In this document: piece by piece, positions 46,947-57,240 of the stretch
How the letters are laid out: each line of letters starts with the position of its first letter
How positions within the stretch are numbered: position 1 is the first letter of the stretch
Origin: Podarcis erhardii
Lineage: Eukaryota
Strand: one strand, 5' to 3'
Length of the DNA stretch: 64,000 bases
Assembly: GCA_964252035.1 (NCBI GenBank)
Contig: OZ176206.1
Program-made: the position numbers and the translations under genes
The notes under the pieces: model-generated
Databases searched by the model: none
Told to the model about the DNA's origin: nothing
Seen by the model: the letters and a program-made list of their open reading frames with translations, nothing else

Positions 46947-47179
46947 AGTAAAGGGAAGTGCATTTTTCGCATTTATTACACAAGTCATGCCCAAAGGATG
47001 CTATCTATGTTCAAGCTGCCACCACCACCCCATCACCTCCCAGCTCCTTCTCCCAGTGCTTTGCAGTGATTTTGCCTCCACTCTTACTGAGCAGCGAAAC
47101 GGGTCACCCGTGCACCATTTAAAGATTTTACTTCTTTTCTAGAAAGACACAAGGAGCCTCATCCAATAATACAAATAAT

Positions 47180-47185
47180 TTTAAT
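47180..47185 (-). terminator. Probable PHF13 polyadenylation signal ATTAAA (3'UTR about 1.65 kb)
   Basis: ATTAAA on the minus strand at the end of a U-rich block; cleavage inferred near 47160. Confidence 0.5.
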
Positions 47186-48815
47186 TAAAAAAAATAAAGC
47201 TCTCAAACTGAGATTGCACAAAGATGAACTCACAGACATGCAAGATGTTTATTCTTCTGCTGAAAAATCCAATTAACTGGGCTTGCTAGACACCACCTGA
47301 TTGCAGAATGGTTGAAACTGGGTCCTAGAGCTCAATGCCAAAATACAAGTGAAAGCTTGCTCAACAGGAAACTTCTTCCTTGGTTGTTTCCTCCACCGCA
47401 AGATGTCCTACACTGATTTGTCTTGCTCTGCAGGAATTTTTATTAAAAAACAAAAACCCAAGATGGTAGCTGAAGCTGCCAAGTGATCACAGCATCAGCC
47501 TGGGGCATTCTGTAGAAGAACTGTCTTTGGCAAATGGGGGAGCCTGAGGGAAAGCAGACCCTGTTGTGTAGAGGAATCAAGTTCTTCATACTTGCTTCTA
47601 ATAAATGGACAAAGTCATGGCAGAAGAATGCAGTATGGGAACCCTACCAAACCAACTGGGTAAATGACTTAAGGAGTTTCAATCCCCCATCCATTACCAC
47701 TTGTAACACAAGTCCACCATATGAGAGCCTAGGTCATCGCACATTAGGTGCCCAAAGGAATACTTGTCCACGCTGAGACTCGGGTAAGACAACTGTCTTG
47801 GTGCGCTGCTCACACCGTCGAGCCTGCTGCTCTTCCTTCCCCACAAAAACTACATTTCCTCGCTGTCGACAGCTTGGAGCGATGCAAAGGGAGAATCCAC
47901 TTAAGGATTCACATCTGTGCAATAAGCCAATTTGGTCCCTGCAAAGGAGGCATCAGCTCTCTGGTGGCAGGAATCCACTGGGCTTGTTAAACCTGAGATC
48001 TCTGCGCCCATTTCCCAGCTTGCAAGACTCTTCTGTGCTGAATGCATAGAAGCACCCCCTGGGGCCAAGACTTACCACCCCCAACAGCTCAGAAGAAGCG
48101 TTTTACATGCTTCCCACCTTACAAACACAGAGCCAGCCAATGTGAAGGGAAGCCCATCCTGGACCTGAGAGAAGGAGGAGCCCCTCAGAGTAGGAATTGA
48201 GCCCATCCTTCAAAGGGAGAGAAATGGCTGCCCTTCCCTCTCCCTGCCTGCACAAGCAGATGGCTTCCTCCACTGACGGTGGCTTTTAAAGCAGCAGCCA
48301 CGGGCTGTATCACTTTGAGGCGACCTCGGATTGGCTCTCCACTGGATGGGGAAGGCGACCCTTTTTCACACAACCCTTAAGAGAGATCCTAGACCTGCTG
48401 CTGCTGCTGCTGTGCTGTGGAGGTGCAACAGCTGCTGGCATCTCCAGCTGTCAAACTGCTGCATCCTCTTCCCTGATGGTGGAGTCACTCAGCACCTATC
48501 AGGCAGTTCGTCCTGCCACACTTTCATACCTGGGACAACAGAAAGAAAGGAAAGTGAGGTGCACACCAGGCAGCCTCCCCACTTCCTCTTATCATCCTAA
48601 TGATGCCCTTTTTCCTCGATTTGCTTTGGGGCACGGAATCGAGTCCTTCTCCAGTGGCGATTTAGGCCCTTGAGGGTGCCTCGAGACGCTTCCCTTCATC
48701 ACAGAGAGGATGTTCCCTGCTTGTGGCTGGGTTTGTCCCCCACCAACCAGAGTCTCATGTTTCACATGACAAGTCTGCTTGTTTCAAACGCGCTAGGGGA
48801 AAAAATTCCACCCTG

Positions 48816-49042
48816 CTAATCCAGGAAGTGTCGGCGCGACCCCATCCGGGAGCGGCTGGAGCGGCGGATGTCGAACTTAGAGTCCCGACACTTCTGGCAG
48901 ACGTAGATCTCTGGGACGTTGGACTTGCGGATCTTTGCGCAGGAGAGGTGGATCCAGGTGTGGCACTCGTTGCACTCGATCATGGGGCGCCCAGCAAAGG
49001 GTTTCATGCAGAAACAGGTCACAAGGTCCCAGGAATCGTCAT
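48816..49042 (-). CDS. PHF13: PHF13 exon 4 coding part, PHD finger ([52 protein letters not shown]...FLD, stop TAG)
   Basis: Acceptor ccgcacag, C4HC3 pattern, TAG at 48816-48818. Confidence 0.98.
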
Positions 49043-49938
49043 CTGTGCGGCAGGGAGGAAGAGAGAGAAACAAGTTCCAGGTAAGAGACCCTCATCAGAT
49101 ACATCACCAGTCCTCAAATACAACCGCATTCATCTACCTGGGAAGCCTGTTTGTAGGTGGATGCTCCCTCCAAGGAGCAAGCCTTATTTGTGAGCCCAAC
49201 ACTCTTGCTGCTGGTGACACAGAAAAGGGCCTGGCTACTCTTTTGTAGTTCTCCAGCTGTTCTGGACTATAACTCCCATCATCCCTTGCCGCTGCTTTGA
49301 TGATGGAGGGCAGCAATAACTGCAGGGCCCCCACAGGCTCTCCAAGGAGTTCATCTGTTGTGGCAAGAGAATTCGTTGCCATCAACTGGTCACACCGCAA
49401 TAATGATTTCAAAATACTGGTTTGGTTTTTTTAATAGCGGTGAGAGTTCTGTCAATAATGGACTGTTAATACACTAACCTTTTAATATATATATACAGTA
49501 TATATATACACATTCTTATTTAAAATTATACCCCTGCTTTCCCCCTCCACAAGGGTATTGCTCTTGTGGTTTTACAAATATGAAGCCGGAAGTGAGCCAG
49601 CCATTAATGACTGAAGTAGTTAAAAGGCAATATTTGCAATCAGGTCGTGAAACAGCAAGAGAATCAAAAAGCTCATTTTAAAAGTTTTCGGTTGCTAGTA
49701 GAACACAAATCAAAAGGGGAACAGGGCAAAGCGTTCCACGTAAAGGGAGCCACCACCGAGAAAGCTCTCCCATGTGGTGCCACCAGCATTGCAGTCACTA
49801 GTGCCCTTCAGATGTTTTCTGCAAGTTTTGGCTGGAGCTCTCAGCACATGCCATCCAGCTTTCAAGGCTCCCCTGCTTTTAACCTTCCGCCTGATGCAGA
49901 AAGACAGTGCTTTGTTTGAGAGCCTCTCTGCTCCATAC

Positions 49939-50449
49939 CTGAATCCACCATGATGTCCTCGTCATCTGCACTGCCGTCCTCGTCGCGGAACACCACCTGT
50001 TTCCCCTGCCGGATGATGGTGCGCTTGCCCACTGTCTGAACCAGGCGCGGAGCCTCTGGTGGGGCCGCTGGCGGGCACGAGGCACTGGAGAGCGAGTCTG
50101 AGTCCCATGCCGAGCAGCGCCCCGTGGAGGAGTGGGCATCGCCTTCCGAAGAGGGGCTCGTGGGCGCCTGCACATAGGACTCCTCCCCTCCCAGCACCTC
50201 CCTCCGCTTCAGCTTCCTCTTCCTCCTGAGCCCCATTTTCTTCCTGCCCAGCAGGAAGTCCTGTGGCTTTGCCCACTGGTAGAGGGAGGTGTAAGCTTTC
50301 CGATGTGACAGCTGGCTGAAGCTCTTCTGTGCTTTCCCGGACAAGGAGAGGGCAGAGGGGAGCCCTGCTTCACCCACATCCCCACTGTCGCTGTCGATGG
50401 TGCCCCCGGTGCTGTTGGGGGGGCTGGGGGCGCTCCGCACAGAAGCGTC
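49939..50449 (-). CDS. PHF13: PHF13 exon 3 (DASVRSAPSPPNSTGGTIDSD...RRKRKLKRR...GKRTIIRQGKQVVFRDEDGSADDEDIMVDS)
   Basis: Acceptor ttctgcag, donor gtatgg, 511 nt, open frame. Confidence 0.96.
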
Positions 50450-50736
50450 CTGCAGAAAGAGAAATCAGTTTCACAGAGGCTGCATGCCTTTTAAGTGGAA
50501 GGTGCAACTGGGCCCAGCACCCAAACAATTGTTTTAAATTGCACCTGTACCATTTCACAAAACTGCAAAGTTGGAAGGGATCCCTCCAAGGGCCATCTAG
50601 TCCAGCCCCTTGCAATGCAGGAATCTCCACTGTTTTGCCTGCATTTTGACACTACAGCTGGTCCGTTTGGACATTCAGGGTGGACAGGACAGAACAGAAG
50701 AGCTGTAGATCAGCCTTTCCCACTTCCCTATCAATG

Positions 50737-50883
50737 CAGGTGTAGCCAACATGGGGCTATCCAGGGGTTTCGGACCACAACTCCCATCAGTATGACTACA
50801 TGATGGCCCATGGGGGCTGATGGGAATTGTAGTCCAAAATTTCTGGAGGTTGGTAAAGGCCGGCAAGAGGTTGGCAATGGCTG
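50737..50883. mobile_element. Degenerate hairpin hAT MITE copy in PHF13 intron 2
   Basis: GACCACAACTCCCATCAG / CTGATGGGAATTGTAGTCC inverted core with CAGG...GGCTG ends. Confidence 0.6.
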
Positions 50884-51230
50884 CCAATCTGCACAAGAAC
50901 AAAAAAGCACCTCCTGACACTTCATCCCACAAACGCATCCTAATCCCCAGGCAGCATTTGCAAAGGCATTCTCGCACATACAAAAATTACCTTTCCCTGA
51001 CTCACTGCTTGCTCCCCCGATCGTTGCCCTCCGGAAACAATCCCCCCCCCTCCAGTGAACCGGAGTCTGCCAGGGCCCCGAATCCCAGAAAGCCTTTGGG
51101 GGAAAAGAACACCTACTCTTGCACAGCAGCGTAGCCGCATCTTGGGGAGCAGAGCCCGCCCCTTCCCCTCCCGCCCCGATTATCCAGCTGCACCGAAGGC
51201 AGCCTCCACCCCGCATTCCGACGTCCATAC

Positions 51231-51332
51231 CTCTTGCGGGTAGGGGATGTACCCCGCGTAGGCCAAGACGAATGTGCAAAACTTGTTGAAGTCCTCCACC
51301 GTGCGGCATCGTTTGGATCCGGGAGAAAAATC
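51231..51332 (-). CDS. PHF13: PHF13 exon 2 ([34 protein letters not shown])
   Basis: Acceptor cttgcag, donor gtatgg, 102 nt. Confidence 0.97.
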
Positions 51333-52200
51333 CTGCAAGGAGGGAGGAAGAGGCGGGCGTAACCACTAGGGGCGTCAGCCACGGACTCGAAGAGGGCAGG
51401 GCCAGCGAGGTGCCACTCGGAGAGCGAAAAGCGGGGGGGGGGGCGTTGAGAAAAACTTTGCTAAAGGGAGGGGTGACTGGCTGAGGAGCTGCAGGGGAGG
51501 GGACCCCCACTTTTGCAAGCACCCCCTTAAAGCGCCGCGCCACACTGCAGACTTTTGCCCATTCCCCACCCCCTGCCATCACAATAAGTGGGCAATGCCC
51601 GGTGGAGGGGGGGGGGCGGGGAGGTTTCTTCTGGAGGGGAACCTGCTTCTTTGTTGGGATTAGGAGTGAGGGTCAGGCATGGGGAGGGGGCAACCGGTTG
51701 CCCAGCAAGCCGGATCCCAACCGGCCCTGGGCGGCGGGGGCAATCACACCCCAGGGTGCTGATGAAGGACCAGAGAAGGATCGCACCCTTAAAAGAAGGG
51801 AGGGGAGAACAGTGGCCGAGGAAGGCTTGAAAAGGTGTGCTGGAGGAGGAGGGGGGGTGAGATTTAAATGGAGAAAAAAGAAGCTCCGGACACCCCCTCA
51901 ACTCTGCCACGCCTTCGCCCTCTCCCACCCACGTACATCCAACCTCAAGCGGGAGACCCAGTTCTGCGCGGGGGGGGGGGGCGGTGGATGGGGGTGTCCT
52001 GAACTGGGGCTGGGGGCGGGTAGAAGGCTTGGAGAAGGATGAAGAGAAAGCGGGGGGCGGGGGACGAAACTGAGATGGAGGGGAGAGAGGAGAAAGTGGG
52101 GCTTCTGGAGGGGGGCATATATGCGGTAGGGGGGGTTGGGAGGGGGCGGGACTCCTTGTACCCCATCACTGGGGGGAGGGCAGGGGGGGCTTCTTCTCAC

Positions 52201-52239
52201 CTCGGGGGGCGGCGGGGAAGCGCAGGAGTCCGAATCCAT
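52201..52239 (-). CDS. PHF13: PHF13 exon 1 coding part (MDSDSCASPPPPE)
   Basis: Strong Kozak gccATGG, donor gtgaga, 39 nt. Confidence 0.93.
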
Positions 52240-53559
52240 GGCTGGCAGGCTGGGTGGGATCAGAGGACCGAGCGAGGAGGTGGAGGAGGAGGCGGCGGCG
52301 GCGCCTCCCGGGACCGGCAACGGGGGAGGGAGCCGAAGCCCCGCCCCGCCCGCCCGAGTGGGGAGGAGCCTCCTTGTCTGGCGGCAGCACTGCGCCTGCG
52401 CAGCTCGCATGGCAAGCCGGGAATCGTAGTCCTAGCTCTCCACCGAGCGATCGCCCACTGGAGAGCAAGGAGGCGGAGAAGAAAGGAGAGGACGGGTAGA
52501 CGCGCGTCAGTCCCTTGGCTCGCTTCTGCCTTGTGACACTCACCCGGAAGCTTGGCACCTTTTAAGGGATCCTGGTGGGCAATTTCCCAGTCGGGGTTTG
52601 GGAGGCACTGGAAGTTCGCAGGAAGTCTTGCAAGGTTTTTGTTTTTTACAATTGAGGTCGCAATTCATTAAGTTTCAGGACACTCCGCAATAACGGGAAG
52701 CCCTTTCAGAGGTCCCTGTAATTGGTGTGTGTGTCTATAAACTTTTAAAAATAAGATTTGCAAATGCAACAAACAAAACATCAAACTAAATCATAAACAC
52801 AGTCATAAAAACAAAAGGGGTAAAAATGCAAGGTAAAATTTAAAAAACGCTTTGCAAAGACTGAATAGCCTAAAATAGGTTCCATGGTAGGATGCACGGT
52901 TCATACAGTGTTTATACCAAAATATATCAGCTGTTCATAGACGTTGCTAGATAAAATCATATTTAGTATGAATGTGCCAACCATGAGATTGGTCATAAAA
53001 ATCACAGAACAGTTCCCAGACTGATGCAAAGCCTGAGGGGGTTACATAGCCTCTGGTGGCACACAAGGTGGTTCAGTTTTTAAGAAGCAGCAGTAAGCAT
53101 GTCTTTTTAAAAACATGAATCCAAAGAATAACAAGATGGGTTCTTCCATCCTTGAGAGATCAGTAGAGGAGACCAGCAGATATAGAGTTAATTGAACCTT
53201 ATGCTTTTATGGGTTTTTGATGGTGTCAATGCAGGGCATCTGCCAACAAGTGACTCCTGATTGTTACCTTAATGGGACCCAGCAGCAGTGCCAGGGATTG
53301 CCTTAAAGGCCCTGGCAGTGTGGCCAAGCACCTTCCCTTTGTTAAGGAGATTCCTCTCAATCCCTGAACCACTGGATTTAATTCCCCCCTCCCCTCTCCC
53401 AGTGGGAGACTACAGATCCAGGGTCTGCTATGTTAATGCCAGCCATTGGGGAATCTGTAAATAAATGCAGATATTGCAAAAAGCAGCCTTTGCCTATCCG
53501 TGGGTCTCGTATGAGTGACATTGGATACTGCCCAATTAAAAAAATAAAACAAATATTTT

Positions 53560-53730
53560 AGAATAAGTTAATTTAGAATATGCTGGAAATAATAAAAATA
53601 AATAAAATAAAAATAAATTTAAGGAACTGCAGAAAGAGGAGGAAGTCGAGGTTTGAAATGTTACAACTATTGTTAAACTATTGAAATTATATAAATGAAA
53701 ACTATAAATAAAATTATTTTAAAAAACCAA
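53560..53730 (+). mobile_element. Possible L1 3' end remnant
   Basis: Very AT-rich with GGAGGAAGTCGAGGTTTGAAATGTT and a terminal AATAAA plus A-rich tail; family assignment from memory. Confidence 0.4.
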
Positions 53731-54857
53731 ATACTGTATTTCTTTTGGTGTGAGGGGCGGGGAGGGAAATACTGGTAGTACTAACAGCACAGCAAATGGA
53801 AACTGCCCAGCTAAGGAAAGCAAACGTCTCTGCTGCTAAGTTTTTCTGGGATGTTTACAGCCACGGGATCTGGCCTGGTGTGCTTTATATAAGCAGCTGA
53901 CATGGTTATGTACTGATCAGCAGTTGCAGATCCGAGAGAAGCAGTGTCCTTGCAACAGAGGAGGCCTTTGTGAGAGAAAACACTCAGGCTATGACTGGAG
54001 AGCTTCAGCACAACATTATTGCACTGCGCTGCTCGGATGCTGAGGCCCCAACTCAAACCAGGCGTCTTTGGAAGCTCCATGGCAAAGGTGTGCCCTGCTT
54101 AGGACCAAGAGGTCACCAAGTTTGTGTAACTGAAATAATAAGTCATGTTTTGCCATTTATCCTACTGCAATCTTCCCACTTGCTGGGGTGAATTTTAGAT
54201 TGTAACCCCATATTTGGTGCTGGGTAGAAAAGGTACCAGATCTTAATAAAGCAGTGTTGTTGCAGTGGGTGGGGGTATTGGGAAAACCCATTAACAATTT
54301 GCATTTGTTTTTAGTTCTGAGGAGAGGGGTTTTGCAGCCTCTGTAAGTGTGCGAGTGTCCTAGTCTGTCAAATAATAATGGATGCATGCATGTGAACAGG
54401 ATTTGTTTATCCCCCTTTCTTTTGGCACTATAAAGAAGAACTTGACTGCTTAAGTTGTTGCTTTTTGGAAATGGCCCACCTGAGTGCACCTAGAATGAGA
54501 TGCACTTGAGTTATTGCACCACCAGACTATGGAGCTGTGAAGTCCTAAGCTTAGGAGCCAGATCCACTAATTCCCTATGACGGGGGATATCCAGCTAAGT
54601 CACTCTCTGGGTATGACTTACTTGGCATCACCCACTATATTTAGAACAGGGGTGTTAGTGACTAATTCTTTATTGCATCATAATCTTCTGCATGCATCAG
54701 AATGTGAAAGAGTGGTGAAACGGGCCCTTTCCTGGGAAAGTCCACAAGGCCTTGCCTCATGTTTATTTGGGAGTCCGCCTTACTGAGTTCAAAGGGAGTT
54801 ACTCCCAAAACAAGACTAGCCCAACCCCTGCTCACTCAGTGCCTTGTTTCTTTAGAA

Positions 54858-55090
54858 CAGGGGTAGGCAACCTAAGGCCTAGGGGCCGGATGCGGCCCAA
54901 TCACTTTCTAAATCCAGCCCATGGATGATCCTGGAATCAGTGTGTTTTTACATGAGTAGAATGTGTCCTTTTATTTAAAATGCATCTCTGGGTTATTTGT
55001 AGGGCATAGGAATTTGTTCATATTTTTTTTTCAAAAATATAGCACGGCCCACCACATGGTCTGAGGGCTGAAAAAGGTTGCTAACCTCTG
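54858..55090. mobile_element. 233-bp hAT/Charlie MITE, OC1 (OposCharlie1)-like
   Basis: TIR CAGGGGTAGGCAACCT / AGGTTGCTAACCTCTG and a perfect 8-bp TSD CTTTAGAA. The internal GCATAGGAATTTGTTCATA...GGTCTGAGGG block resembles the OC1 3' end as I recall it. Confidence 0.85.
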
Positions 55091-55254
55091 CTTTAGAACG
55101 TTTATAAGCAAAAACTAAATATACTAAAAATCTACAATATATAAAATAAAATACAGTAAAATAAATTCAACAGAATTAAATGTCAAGAGGGAATTGTAGC
55201 TGTTACCACGGAGCCTGACCTTATGCATGTTCACTAGGAAGTGAGTTGTGCAGA

Positions 55255-55460
55255 CAGTGAACATAATATTAAAGAAGCCAGCTGGATGAGACCAGTGGCC
55301 CATCTAGTCCAGGATTCTGTTCTGGCAGGGGCCACCAAGATGCCGCCTTCTTGGAAACCCCAGCACAAAGTCACTCTCTCCTCCTGCGGTTTCCAGCAAG
55401 AAGCATTCAGAAACATTACAGCCTTAGGAGTATTAGAGCCATCGTGACTAGTAGCCAAGC
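55255..55460 (-). mobile_element. CR1 LINE 3' end remnant
   Basis: GGCCCATCTAGTCCAG..., AGCATTCAGAAACAT, AGCCATCGTGACTAGTAGCCA. Confidence 0.6.
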
Positions 55461-57150
55461 AGCGGGTAGCTATGATGTCCCGAGCAGCTATGCAAGGAGG
55501 GCTGTCGCCAGGCGCATCCCGCTAGCCTTTCCCCTGGGCCTTCTTCCTGCGCACCCACGAGCCCTTCAGAGTTAGCCAAGGTTCGGGTGGAGGCTGAAAG
55601 GCGCCGCCACGGCCTTGGAAGGCTCCAAGCAATTTGCCTTTTACGTCCAGCCGAGCGCCTGTGGCCTTTCGCTTGGAGCTCGCGGACGCTTCCTTCTCCA
55701 GAGCCCAGGCTTGCCCTTTTCCCGAGGCTAAAGCAAGAGAGGCCCCCCCCCCCCCGGCTCCCCTTGGAGGCAGGAGGGCGGCAGCGAGGAGCCTGGTGTT
55801 CTCCGAAGCTGCTTGGCGACTGAGAGCGGCGCCCTTGCAGCCAGCCAGCCAGCCAGCCAGCCAGGCGCGCCGTCGTCGCCCTTCGGAGGAGGCGGAGCGC
55901 GCGCGGGACCGGCGCCAGCCCAGGCGAGGGAGGAGCCGGCCGAGGGGTGCGCGGAGGCGTCGGGTAGCAGTCAGACTCAGCGGCGGGCGAGAATGGAGCC
56001 GACGACGGGCGAAGAGGCGACGGCGGAGGAGGCGGCGCACGCGTCGGCGCTGCTCCGGGGCCTGTGCGCGCTACGGGCGGAGCGGGCGCTGCTGGACGTG
56101 ACGCTGCTGGCGGGCGGCGGGGAGTTCGGCGCCCACCGGGCAGTGCTGGCGGCGGCCTCGGGCTACTTCCGCGCCATGTTCGGCGGCGGGCTGCGGGAGG
56201 CGCGCGCGGCGCGGGTGCGGCTGCACGGCGTGGAGCCCGAGTGCCTGGCCCTGCTGCTCGACTTCGCCTACACGGGCCGAGTGGCGTCTCCCGGCGGGCC
56301 GGAGCTGGCCGAGCGCCTGCTGCGCGCCGCCGACCTGCTCCAGTTCCCGGCCGTCAAGGCGGCGTGCGGGGCCTGGCTAGCGGCGCGCCTGGAGCCGGCC
56401 GCCGCCCTGGAGATGCAGGAGTTCGGCGAGGCCTTCGCGTGCGCCCCGCTGGCCGCCGCCGCCCGCCGCTGCGTCCTGCGCCACGCCGCCGAGAGCGAGG
56501 GCGAGCTGGCGGCGCAGATGGAGCGCCTCCCGCTGCCGCGGCTGCTCTCGTACCTGCGCGACGACGCGCTCCGCGTGCCCAAGGAGGAGGCGGCCTTCGA
56601 GCTGGCGCTGCGCTGGGTGCGCGCCGAGCCGGCAGCCCGCGCTCCGCTCCTGCCCCAGCTCCTGGCGCACGTCCGGCTGCCCTTTGTGCGCCGCTTCGCC
56701 CTCCTGGCCCACGTCGAGGGCGAGCCGCTGGTGGCGCGCTCCGAGGCCTGCCTGCGCCTGGTGGCCGAGGCGCGTCTCTTCCAGGCCGGCCGCCTGGACC
56801 GCCACGACCGCGCGCCCTGCGCCCGCCTCCGCCCGCGCCCTTCCACCGGCCTGGCCGAGATCCTCGTCCTCCTCGGCGGCTGCGACCGCGACTGCGACGA
56901 GCTCGTCACCGTCGACTGCTTCAACCCCCGCACGGGACACTGGCGCTACCTGGCCGAGTTCCCCGAGCACCTCGGAGGAGGCTACAGCGCCGCCGCCCTG
57001 GGCAACGACATCTATGTCACCGGTGAGCCGGGACGGGAGGGCTGCCAGTTGCTGGAGGGTCCCTAGCCCTGCTTGAAGGGGTTTGCCACAGGGGTGCCCT
57101 CTAAAAGGCGCGTGAACAGCGCCTAAACCACGGAACTCCCGCAGAAGGCG
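55450..57150 (+). promoter_or_regulatory. KLHL21 CpG island, promoter and exon 1
   Basis: Very high GC and CpG density, with (CAGC)n at about 55838-55863 in the leader. Confidence 0.8.
55993..57022 (+). CDS. KLHL21: KLHL21 exon 1 coding part (BTB, BACK, first Kelch repeat)
   Basis: Kozak agaATGG, motifs AHRAVLAAAS/YFRAMF/LLDFAYTG, donor gtgagc. Confidence 0.96.
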
Positions 57151-57240
57151 GTGATGGCCACCAACTTGGACAGCTTTAAAAGAATATTGGACAGGTTCAT
57201 GGGGAAACCAGGGTATCCATGGCTACTAGCAACCCTGGCT
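57145..57240 (+). mobile_element. CR1 ORF2-end fragment
   Basis: GTGATGGCCACCAACTTGGACAGCTTTAAAAGAATATTGGACAGGTTCATGG (MATNLDSFKRILDRFM). Confidence 0.7.

Larger units (their letters stand above)
48816..52239 (-). other. PHF13: Gene model, PHD finger protein 13 (SPOC1), 292 aa: complement(join(48816-49042,49939-50449,51231-51332,52201-52239))
   Basis: 39+102+511+227 = 879 nt with consistent phases and GT-AG borders. Starts MDSDSC, has the [21 protein letters not shown] motif, a basic NLS-like run and a C4HC3 PHD finger. Confidence 0.97.
51100..52560 (-). promoter_or_regulatory. PHF13 CpG island and promoter (GC boxes, NRF1-like site 52391-52402, ZNF143/THAP11-type site 52411-52432, ETS-like CCGGAAG 52544-52550)
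   Basis: High GC and CpG density spanning exons 1-2. The motifs were read directly from the sequence. Confidence 0.8.

Noticed and set aside
51363-51378. CTCF-like CCACTAGGGGCG (and similar near 53048)
   Set aside because: Mismatches at core positions; cannot be supported without a PWM score or ChIP data.
52240-52410. Upstream in-frame ATG adding 57 aa to PHF13
   Set aside because: It lies between the NRF1 and ZNF143-type motifs, probably upstream of the TSS. MDSDSC is the conserved start.
51527-52558. Several 80-170 aa ORFs in the PHF13 CpG island
   Set aside because: GC-rich, Pro/Gly low-complexity artefacts.
55813-55992. In-frame TTG-initiated 60-codon N-terminal extension of KLHL21
   Set aside because: The near-cognate start has a weak context and the extension is low-complexity. 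ATG 55993 has a strong Kozak and matches the orthologue start.
55522-57076. Long overlapping ORFs in other frames and on the other strand of KLHL21 exon 1 (320, 221, 197, 172, 155 aa)
   Set aside because: They are expected from stop-codon scarcity in very GC-rich DNA. The products are low-complexity Arg/Ala/Gly/Pro with no recognisable domain.
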